Shown here: piece by piece, positions 53,762 to 64,000 of the stretch | How the letters are laid out: every line of letters starts with the position of its first letter | Numbering within the stretch: position 1 is the stretch's first letter | Assembly: GCA_964016885.1 (NCBI GenBank) | Contig: OZ024761.1 | Location: forward strand, 620,001-684,000 | Origin: Eledone cirrhosa | Taxonomy: Eukaryota | Direction of reading: 5' to 3' | Length of the DNA stretch: 64,000 bases | Notes under the pieces: model-generated | What the model was told of the DNA's origin: nothing | Seen by the model: the letters and a program-made list of their open reading frames with translations, nothing else | Databases searched by the model: none | Position numbers and translations under genes: made by a program

Positions 53762-56700
53762 GTTCGTCTACAGCGTGACGGTGCCACGCTAAAATCACCG
53801 GGGGTGATGAAACCACCGGTAGTTATGTAACCATACATTCACCAATCCTCGATATGAGTGCTTAAATGTCGAACCTAAACAGTTCGAATAACGGTGAAGT
53901 GGAGACTGGAATGTCATGTGACAGACTCTCACCCAATAGGTGCTCCCTGGCTCAGCAGCAGGGACCTGGCTGTCATCCAAATACTGCTGGTGTAGGAGGA
54001 AGAAGAAGAAGGAAAGGGACCAGAACCAACTGGACGAAAGAAATGAATAGAACTGTTATGCAATGTTACCTGAAGAGTAACCCCAAGGAGAAAGGCTATA
54101 GGAAACGGATGCATAACATCTGGAACGAGATTGGTCTATTTAAATTAGATGAACAAAAATTGGCCGGGCAGGCTCGGGTAATAAGAACTAATGGGTGGAT
54201 AAGCGAGCTGGAACTGGAGGAACTGAGCAGAGAGATTAGGTTGGAAATGGAGAGTGGAGTATGCCAGGCAAACGAGCCAGTAGGAAATGAAGGTGAAGAG
54301 GTTGAGAGAACGGAGGAACCATCCGAAGTAGACAATGATCTGAATGCTGAAATAAATAATACCTGGAACATAGATACGGCCATTGAGGAGATGAATGCTG
54401 ACGGGCTAGGACAAGATTTGGTTGATATCCTAAACTTAGTGGTAGATGAATTGAACAATGATAGTGGGAAACCTATGAACCTAAGATTTGTAGACAGGAA
54501 AAAGTTAAAAGAAACAACAGCTAAGGTAAACAAAGTCATCCCATACCTTGAGGCGAGGAGCCTTCACCAGTGCAACAATATCCTCAAAGCAACAGCAAAT
54601 GCGGTGAGGAAATTACTTGGCATAAAAGCGAGAGGAAACAACAAACAAGAAAGATCAGAACCTTCGTGGAAGAAACGACTGAATGGTCAAATCAAGGAAA
54701 TGAGAAATGACATTGGAAAGCTTGAGTCCCTACTGAATGGGACGCTAAAAAACATAGACACTAAAAATAGACTGGAAATAAAGTACAAAACTAGGAGGAA
54801 AAAGCTAAATATTATCATAGAGGAACTGAAGCAACGCATTGTAGCAAAGAGTGCAAAAATTAGGCGATACGAGAGCAGAGTCAGTCAGTATAGACAGAAC
54901 CGCATGTTTGACAACAACCAGTAGATGTTGTTTGGACAGCTTGAAGGGAAAGAAAGAGGCAACGACTTGATCCCTGAGGCGGAACAAACTAAGACATTCT
55001 GGAGAGGAATATGGGAGCAGGATGTTAAACATAATGACCAGGCAGTGTGGATTGAGACAGTACAAAAGATTAGTGAACAGGCACACCAACAAACTGATTT
55101 GAGTATCACAGTTGAAACTCTTAAGGGGCAGGCCAAAAAACTAACCAACTGGAAATCACCAGGCCCAGATGGTGTGCAGGGGTATTGGATTAGAAATATA
55201 ACATCCCTCCACCCGAAACTGACAACCATGTTCAATGACTGCTTGATGTCAGGTGAGGTACCAGAGTGGTTGACAAAAGGTACTACAGTTCTGGTAATGA
55301 AAGACCGAATCAAGGGTAATGATGTTACCACATATAGACCTATCACATGTCTGTCCGTAATGTGGAAACTGTTGACAAGCATTGTGTCTGAGGAAATCTA
55401 CCATCACCTCCACACAAACAACTTGTTACCGGACGAACAGAAAGGATGCCGAAAGAAGTCCCGTGGTACAAAGGACCAGTTACTTATTGATAAGATGGTA
55501 ATGAGGAATTGCAAGAGGAGACACACTGGTCTTGCCATGGGATGGATAGACTACAAAAAGGCATTTGACATGGTGCCTCATTCTTGGATCACCAAAAGCC
55601 TAGAGATCTTCAAGGTGGCAGATAACATCAGACAGTTGTTAGGCAAAAGTATGAAGCCCTGGAAAACAGAGTTAACATCAGCTGGAGAATCCTTGGGAGG
55701 TGTGAAGATCAAGAGAGGTATCTTCCAGGGAGATAGTCTGTCCCCTCTGTTGTTTGTCCTTGTCCTGATGCCCCTGACCATTATACTGCGAAAAGTGAGA
55801 GCAGGATACAAGTTGGGAAAGGGAGAGCTTACCATCAATCACCTCCTCTTCATGGACGATCTTAAGCTCTTCGGGAAGAGTGGGAAGGAGTTGGATGTGC
55901 TTGTTGACACTGTCCATATTTTCAGCAATGATATATGTATGCAATTTGGTATTAGTAAGTGTGGAGTCCTTGTGATGAAGAGGGGTAAATTGAGCAGAAG
56001 CAACGGAATCCAGGTACCAACAGGTGAGATGATAAAGGAAATTGACACTGAAGAAGGATACAAGTATTTGGGTGTTCTGGAGGCTGATGACATCAAGAAC
56101 AAAAAAAATGAAGGAATTGATAAGATCTAAATACATTCGGAGACTAAGGAGCGTATTGAAGTCACATCTGAACAGTAGGAATGCCATAAGTGCAGTAAAT
56201 TCCCGAGCTGTGTCTATTATTAGCTACAGTGCGGGAATTCTGAGATGGAATGTTGCTGAACAAAAAGAAATGGATAGGAAGCTATTGACTATCTACAACA
56301 TGTTCCACAAGAGGAGTGATGTCGATAGACTCTACTTAAGAAGATCTGAAGGTGGAAGAGGCCTTATCAGCATAGAGGACTGTGTTCAGATGGAGAAAAA
56401 CAACCTGCACAAATACGTGATTGATAGTAAGGAGCCAATGCTCAGAATTGTACTGAAGGAGAGGACAATAGACCAGGGGATGTCCAAGGAGGAAATAACA
56501 ACAAGGAGAAAGAGCAGCCTTCATGAAAAATCCCTTCATAGTACCTTCTTTGAGAAAACTGAATTCAGAGATCCACAGACATGGAACTGGTTAAAAAGAG
56601 GAGACCTTAAAAAGGCTACAGAAGGAATGCTAATGTCTGCGCAAGAGCAGGCCCTCAAAACGAAGTGGCTGAAACACCATATTTACAAGGAGGAGGCTAG

Positions 56701-57349
56701 CCCACTGTGCAGGATCTGTGGAGAGAGAGAGGAGACTGTGGCTCACATTGTATCCGAGTGTAAACACCTAGCCCAGACTCACTATAAAGGCTGGAGACAT
56801 GATGTGATGGGCAGGGTGATCCACTGGCACCTATGCAAAGTAAACAATTTACCACATTCTGAGAAGTGGTATAAGCATAAGCCAAAGTCGGTGATAGAAA
56901 ACGATCAGGTGAAGGTGCTGTGGGATTTTAGGATACAGACAGACAAGAAACTGGAACACAATAGACCTGACCTGGTGGTTTTGGACAAGGAAAAAAGATC
57001 GTGCCTGATTGTGGATGTGGCCTGCCCATTCGACACGAGAGTTCAATAGAAGGAGAGGGAGAAAATTAACCGATAGCAGGACTTAAAGTGGGAGGTAAAA
57101 TGGATTTGGAACTACCATGAAGTCAAAGTGGTCCCGATTGTCATAGGCGCACTAGGTACTATCTCAAAAGGTTTCCAGGGATGGTTAAAGAAAATTGGTC
57201 CCGCCCCGCTTTTTGGAACGCTTCAAAAAGCATGCTTGCTGGGAACAGCAAGAACCCTCCGATACGTCCTGAATATCTGAGGCTGTAGGTAATGGCTTGA
57301 TATTCATTTCAACAAACTTTCCAGTTAACTAACATCAATGACTGAGACT
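53762..57349 (+). mobile_element. R4/Dong-type non-LTR retrotransposon (RT plus restriction-like endonuclease), near full length
   Basis: Single disrupted ORF 53866-57280 with IFQGDSLSPLLF, HLLFMDDLKLF, CRICGEREETVAHIVSEC, RHD and NRPDLVVLDK..IVDVACP. Stops at 54922 and 57047, frameshift at about 56100. Confidence 0.93.
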
Positions 57350-57359
57350 CAAAGAACAA

Positions 57360-57750
57360 TAATAATTGTTTCTACTTTTGGCACAAGGCCAGCAATTACC
57401 CAGTACATTATTTTATCGACCCCGAAAGGATGAAAGGCAAAGTTAACCTCGGCGGGATTTGAACTCAGTCCGTAAAGGGACGTAACTATGCTGGAAAGCA
57501 TGGCGTCCGACCCTCTACCGATACTGCCAATCCACCGCCGTACAATAATAATAATAATAACAATAATAATTGTTTCTACGTTAGGCACAAGGCCAGCAAT
57601 TACCCAGTGTATTACTGGTACTTTATTTTATCGACCCCGTAAGGATGAAAGGCAAAGTTAACCTCGGCGGGATTTGATCTCAAAATGGCAAGGGCCGTAA
57701 CTCTATGCGTCAAAGCATGGCATCCGACACTCTACCAATACTGCCAATAA
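57360..57750 (-). mobile_element. Two tandem SINEs of the same family
   Basis: Reverse complement of the 19853 consensus, separated by (AAT)n. Confidence 0.85.
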
Positions 57751-57766
57751 TAATAATAATAAAGAT

Positions 57767-57800
<34 letters not shown>

Positions 57801-58591
57801 TATACATATACACATACATACACACATACACACACACACACACAATAACAATTAACAGTGCTGCATACATACATATAATATCAAAGATTAGCGGAAAGGA
57901 GAATATTTATGCAGAACTGATGAAAAATCTGCAGATACTCCACCCTGATTACACCTCCAGATTTATGCCTGGGATTATTGGGGCACTGGGGTATGTTAGT
58001 AACTGCCTCAATACAAATCTTGAGAAGCTAGGCTTCACAGGAATTCACACAACTAGTTAGGAAACTACAAGTACAATCCATTAATGGAACAGTGAAAATA
58101 TGTAAAACATTCCAAAAATGTTGCATCTAATAACTGCATATACATATGTACAGATACAAAGCATATGCACATGCACACACACACAACTCAAAACATCCAC
58201 ATCCACACATGCAATAACATCTATACCTGCACAGACATGCCTGCATGCAGACATACATACACATCTACCTAGTTGATGTGTAAATTTCAATGGGAGAGTC
58301 TTATGTCTATGGTAGAAACCGACTCTCTCTATATTGGCAAACATTTGTGAAATTATAAAACCAGAACATACATACATACATACATGTATGCATGCATGCA
58401 TGATGGCTGCCCCCCTCATTATCGAGTATGGCTATTGCACACAAAAACACGATAAATAAATAAATAAATAAATAAATTAATTAATTAATTAATTAAAAAA
58501 ATTGAAAATTTGTTTTAAATAAATATAAAAAATAAATGTTATGACAGCATACAGATATGTCTATAATTTCAATTTTGCAGATTTTTGTAAT

Positions 58592-58674
<83 letters not shown>

Positions 58675-59164
58675 CATCATCATCATCATCATCATCATTT
58701 TACGTCCGCTTTTCCCTGCTTGCAAGGGTTGGACGGGTCCTATTCAGCACAGCATCTCTCCACTTGTCACGGTCCTTCGTCATCTCCTCGGTGAGTTTCA
58801 GCGATCTGAGGTCTGCTCTCACCACCTCCGCCCATGTATTTGTCAGATGTACATGCCTGTTAAGTGTGTGTCTATATATACATAAATATTTATATAGGTA
58901 TGGAGATGTATATATATATATATATATATTAACATACATAGGGTTTATAAAAGTTGTGTTAAGAAATATCTGTAATGGTATACAGTAGCCATTTCCCATC
59001 CCACCCCACCTCCACCACCTGACGCTGTATGCTAGCCACCTCCTCATGCATATAACACCTTAAACCCACTCCCCCAAAACCTCTTTATTGCTTTCACCTC
59101 CCCAGCTATCCCCTCCCTCCATATGATAAGTGTAGACTCACTAAGAGTATCTTAATATAGTTGA

Positions 59165-60890
59165 ATAGTGGCCCAGAACCGCTCAGAGCAGTCACGGGGC
59201 GGACAGAGGCTCTGTAAGCTGTAATGTAGGCAACCCGTCTAGAAGAGCTACCGCTCCGAATAAATTGGTGTGGGGTGAAGAAGCCCCCTAAGTCCAGTAA
59301 GACAACTTCCCTAGTGCTGGTGGCATGAATAAAAGCACCGGTCCATGCTGTGAAATGGAGGAAATGGAAGTGGCATTTAGCCATTAAAAGCCATGCCAAA
59401 GTATGGGGTGGAGAGGGTCCCTGAGTCCAGTAAGACAACTTCTCTAGTGCTGGTGGCATGAATCAAGGCACCCAGTCCATGCTGTGAAGGGATGCTGATG
59501 ATAGGAAGGGCATCCAACCAGTATATTAATGCCCAAAAAATTACGAGCACAACATACAAGTATAGCAATAACTGCATAAACAGTAATAACACTAACCATG
59601 TTAGGACAACACATGGTAGTGGGGTGGCTAGTGTGTCCATGAGAAAGAACCCCCTGACCGTCATCAAGTAATCACACAACAACAACAGTAATAATGATGA
59701 TAATGATTCTAAATATTTTTCCTTGCAGAAAAGGAAAAATCAACGAAAGATGACACATCTCAGGGTTGCCGCACTTAATGTTGGCACCCTGAGAGGTAGA
59801 TCTGGTGAAGTAGTGGAAATGCTAGAAAGAAGGCATGTGGATGTGTGCTGCATGCAAGAGGTGAGATGGAGAGGTGCCTCAGCAAGACTGATCGCAGGCA
59901 AACAGCTTAGCTATAAGCTTCTCTGGGTTGGAAATGATGATGGGTTAGGTGGAGTAGGCACTTTACTGGCCAAGAAGTGGATTAAGAAGACAATAGAGAT
60001 AGTTAGAGTCATCATCATCATCATCATTGTTTAATGTCTAATAGAATTATTAAGATTAGATTAGTTGTGGCAATAGGCTGCTGACAATTATCTCTACTTA
60101 TGCTCCCCAAGCGGGCCTAGGTAAAGAAGAGAAGGACTGCTTTTACGAGCAACTTTTACAGACAACCATTGAGACATAGGACAGAGACCAAGTTATACTA
60201 GCAGGGGATTTCAATGGTCATGTTGGACAGCTCCAGGGTGGAGACACTGAGGTACATAATGGTCATGGTTATGGCTCAAGAAACAAAGAAGGAGTGAGGC
60301 TTCTTGAATTTTGTGATGCAAGTGAATTAACCATTTGCAACACTAACTTCAGGAAACCTGCCAATCATCTAATAACCTACCAATCAGGCAAGCACATAAG
60401 CCAGATTGACTTCTTGCTATTTAGGCAGCGAGACCGACAGATGGTTTCAAATACTAAGGCATACTCTGGGGAAGAATGTAATCCTCAACATAAGTTAGTC
60501 GTTAGTGACATCTCAATAAGCAAGAGACAGAATGAGACACACAGGAAGGTATGGAAAAGGAAGGTCTGGAAGCTAAAAGACCTTTCACTTAAATATAAAT
60601 TTAGGGAAGCCCTTCAAGATGTATATGACGAGAAAGAAGACAAATTAGAATTTTATGACATAGAAGATAACTGGAAGTTCTTACGTGACAACCTACTGCA
60701 AGCAACTGAAGAGACTTGCGGATGGAGCAAAGCTCCAACCAGACAGAGGGTGACTTGGTGGTGGAACAGCTCGGTAGATAGAGCCATTAAAGACAAAAGA
60801 CAAACATGGAAAAATTGGAAAAATGGAAGAAGTAGAGAACGATACTCAGCCACTAAAAGAGAGGCTAGATGTCAAGTATACTTAGCCATC
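59165..60890 (+). mobile_element. RTE-clade LINE 5' part (AP endonuclease), degenerate
   Basis: LRVAALNVGTL..VDVCCMQEVRWRG, YAPQ, GDFNGHVG, SQIDF, QHKLVVSD, TWWWN. Confidence 0.88.
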
Positions 60891-61294
60891 CCTTCATTGA
60901 ACATTACATGATCATGTGCATGCAGGTGACTTTTCAGACCCGCTTTTGATTTGCAGATACATTCACAAATGTAACACTAGCACTGTCTGTCTCCTGACAA
61001 TACCAGCTGGGGTCTTCATGCATTTCACCATGTCTGGTCAGTCCACCAGCTGACTTGCAAATTAAGTCAAACTCATTGTAAATATACCTTGGAGTGTGTG
61101 GCAGCAGAACCATCACATAATTGGGTTGATTTCTCTCTGACTCGTGTGATTTCAGATGTTTAGAACTATCTTGCTAGAAGAAATCAGCCACATATATTGC
61201 ATCTCAATTCCTGTTGGATTTTTGCAGGCATTGCACTAGTGTTCCACTTACAAAGTGAACATTTCCAAATAACATGTTCCACTCACTCTTCAGC

Positions 61295-61835
61295 ACTACA
61301 AGTAACATGTAACTCAGTACAAACTGTGCATAGTTGGGTTGTCAGTGACTAAACTGGCAACCCCACCAAGCTTGCTTGATGAGGAGGGTATTTTGGACAC
61401 CCTGCGGCATGAAAAACATAACCTGTCAAAGGGCAGAGGAACTCAGGAGAGTCAATGGCTATCCAATAATGTTTGTTTTTTCTTTTTCTATTTTTGTAGA
61501 GCGAGAGACTCCTAGTCTTCATTAAGACGTCTCTCTAGGAGAAGGTCACTCTGATATAAAACCTGTTTCTTCATTTGCATCCAATGATGTAGACCATTTC
61601 TTCTTTTGGGGCAAATGCATTGATGTTCAAAGAGTGGGATTGGCCCCAAGCAAAACCTTTCCTCACTTTAAAAAAGCTTTAAGCACAGGCATCGCTTGAT
61701 ATGTGACATTTGTTTGTGATGCATGGTATTGCTGGTGATAGACAAGTAACTAGAAGGACTAAAAAGCCTCATACGTGATGCTGATGCTTAAGTATCAAGC
61801 AACAGTAATACTCAAAATCGAGTTGCAGCCATTAT
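61295..61835 (+). mobile_element. Non-coding interspersed repeat (SINE-like or non-autonomous RTE-like)
   Basis: Matches about 18340-18860 and 16150-16480. Shared 3' end ctcga...gag..gcagccat followed by (TATG)n. Confidence 0.65.
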
Positions 61836-62563
61836 GTATGTAGGTAGGTAGGTAGGGAAGAACATGTGTGTAAATGTAATATCTAAATGTGAAAGTCAGT
61901 GATCCATTGGCGAAGGAAACAAGATGAAAAATATACATACCAATACAGGACAGGAGTTCTTCTGTAATAGTTGTCAGCGTATATGTGACAAACAGTATTT
62001 AGGAAGGCAACAAGTAGAAGTAACGATTAATTCGAGTAATGCCTCATATATATATAGATGCCTGGAATGTGACAATCTCGATACCTGAGACCTTAATAGA
62101 AATATGACCAATGGTTAACATACGTGTGTGTATGTATATATATATAAATATATACAGCCCCCCCCCCCACACACACACACATATATATATGGATATATAT
62201 ATATGTGTGTGTGCGGGTGTGTATAGTGATATGGTCTGATTATATAACCAAACAAGGACGTTTTGTTCAAATGTAGTTCACATGTACACTCACACACACA
62301 CACACATATACACTCACACACACATACACACAGACATGCTTTATATATATATATATATGTATATATATATGTATATATATATATGTATATATATATGTAT
62401 ATATGTATATATATATACAATTAAGTTAAAAATGTACATCCACATATGTATACTGAAATACTAGTATGCATATGAATACACACACGTATACATTAATTTT
62501 CATAGAAAAGGCATATAACGATATGTGCTTTTACGATTCTCTAGAGAGGCCGGAAGATAGGTA

Positions 62564-62608
62564 AATATTGCTGATGAGATGTAACAACATCGAAACTAGT
62601 TCAATATT
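62564..62608 (+). ncRNA. Type I hammerhead ribozyme, covaried stem II
   Basis: AATATTG-CTGATGA-GATGT aaca ACATC-GAA-ACTAGT-T-CAATATT. Confidence 0.9.
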
Positions 62609-63029
62609 CCTTGTCTGGCTTTCTGGAGAATAGAGGAAAGGTGTTTCCTCAAAAACCAGTATGACTCTAAAAACCGGTTTGTCTGTGTGTTTACATACAG
62701 AATAGCTGGACACTCACAGTAAAGTGACCAGTGAAAAACTCGGTACATCTACATATGTATACGTGTGTGTATTCATATGCATACTAGTATTTCAGTATAC
62801 ATATGTGGATGTACATTTTTAACTTAATTGTTTAAGCGTCAGTCATACAAAAGTGAGTTACAAACGAAACGAAATTTAATTTCGTTTCGTTATTTGTTTT
62901 TATCGTCTCCGTTGAACCGGTACGTACTCACGCTCTATGCAAATTAGTCTGCCCACTACTAATTTTCATAGAAAAGGCATATAACGATATGTGCTTTTAC
63001 GATTCTCTAGAGAGGCCGGAAGATAGGTA

Positions 63030-63074
63030 AATATTGCTGATGAGATGTAACAACATCGAAACTAGTTCAATATT
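63030..63074 (+). ncRNA. Type I hammerhead ribozyme, covaried stem II
   Basis: Same motif as 62564-62608, offset +466. Confidence 0.9.
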
Positions 63075-63399
63075 CCTTGTCTGGCTTTCTGGAGAATAGA
63101 GGAAAGGTGTTTCCTCAAAAACCAGTATGACTCTAAAAACCGGTTTGTCTGTGTGTTTACATACAGAATAGCTGGACACTCACAGTAAAGTGACCAGTGA
63201 AAAACTCGGTACATCTACATATGTATACGTGTGTGTATTCATATGCATACTAGTATTTCAGTATACATATGTGGATGTACATTTTTAACTTAATTGCTTA
63301 AGCGTCAGTCATACAAAAGTGAGTTACAAACGAAACGAAATTTAATTTCGTTTCGTTATTTGTTTTTATATATATATATTTGTATATATATATATATGT

Positions 63400-63431
<32 letters not shown>

Positions 63432-63472
63432 GTATATATATATGTATATATATATATGTATATATATATATG

Positions 63473-63504
<32 letters not shown>

Positions 63505-63548
63505 TGTATATATATATGTATATATATGTATATATATATATATATTTG

Positions 63549-63580
<32 letters not shown>

Positions 63581-63764
63581 GTTAGGGAAGCAGAAAACTG
63601 CTTATATATATATATATATCATCATCATCACCATATATATATATATGTGTGTGTGTACATGTACACATACACCCACATACATACATACACATATATATAT
63701 ACACACACTCACACCCACCCACACACACATACACCCACACATACACATATATATTATATGTGTG

Positions 63765-63797
<33 letters not shown>

Positions 63798-63978
63798 CAA
63801 AGGAATTGTGGTAAGGAACCAGATGGACCATAAGGCACCAGAGTACTCAATACTTAGGGTAGTAGTGTGGGAAATAGGAAAAAGTATGACCCCCGACGGC
63901 TGTTTCTGGACAGAAATGAGTCCAGAAATAGCCGTTGAAACTGCTTGAGCTCTGCCGTCGTGGTCATACTTTTTCCTA
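63798..63978. mobile_element. Foldback element with one-sided tail in (TA)n (family of 8402-8590)
   Basis: Tail ggtaaggaaccagatggaccataa...tacttagggtagtag is shared with the 8402 copy. Arms at 63875-63900 and 63953-63978. Confidence 0.7.
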
Positions 63979-64000
63979 TATATATATATACACACACACA

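Larger units (their letters stand above)
62418..63367. repeat. Second array of the same family (466-bp unit, about 1.9 units plus a 76-bp inverted arm)
   Basis: Near-identical to the 467-bp unit with several substitutions. Inverted arm at 62418-62493, (TA)n flanks. Confidence 0.96.

Noticed and set aside
61941-62040. Possible non-coding first exon of legumain (minus-strand TTG|GTATGT donor in unique sequence)
   Set aside because: Only a donor-like hexamer, with no ORF or promoter evidence. It needs transcript data.

Overview
AT-rich, microsatellite-saturated animal genomic DNA. The SINE and repeat content suggests an octopod cephalopod, which is an inference. The window holds ten coding exons of one legumain (asparaginyl endopeptidase, C13) gene on the minus strand (46168->6809, 285 codons, all GT-AG, frame-consistent). 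Its catalytic His and Cys are intact, no signal peptide is visible, and the C-terminal LSAM exons were not found. The introns and upstream region are packed with retroelements: six Tx1/L1-type LINE copies sitting in (GATA)n or (AAT)n tracts, a near-complete R4/Dong-type LINE, RTE fragments, many tRNA-derived SINEs, and Penelope-like (GIY-YIG) fragments. The most striking signal is a set of non-coding elements carrying hammerhead ribozymes and inserted in (TA)n. A 467-bp unit with a type I hammerhead forms a 4.6-kb tandem and inverted array (11349-15979). A diverged sister array (62418-63367) shows compensatory base-pair changes in the ribozyme and has the same two termini. About ten insertions from several unrelated families, including a GIY-YIG-coding Penelope fragment, share one architecture: inverted arms with a one-sided 45-90-nt tail, set in (TA)n. 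This points to a retrozyme-like, Penelope-mobilised, TA-targeted system. All coordinates and alignments were read by eye.
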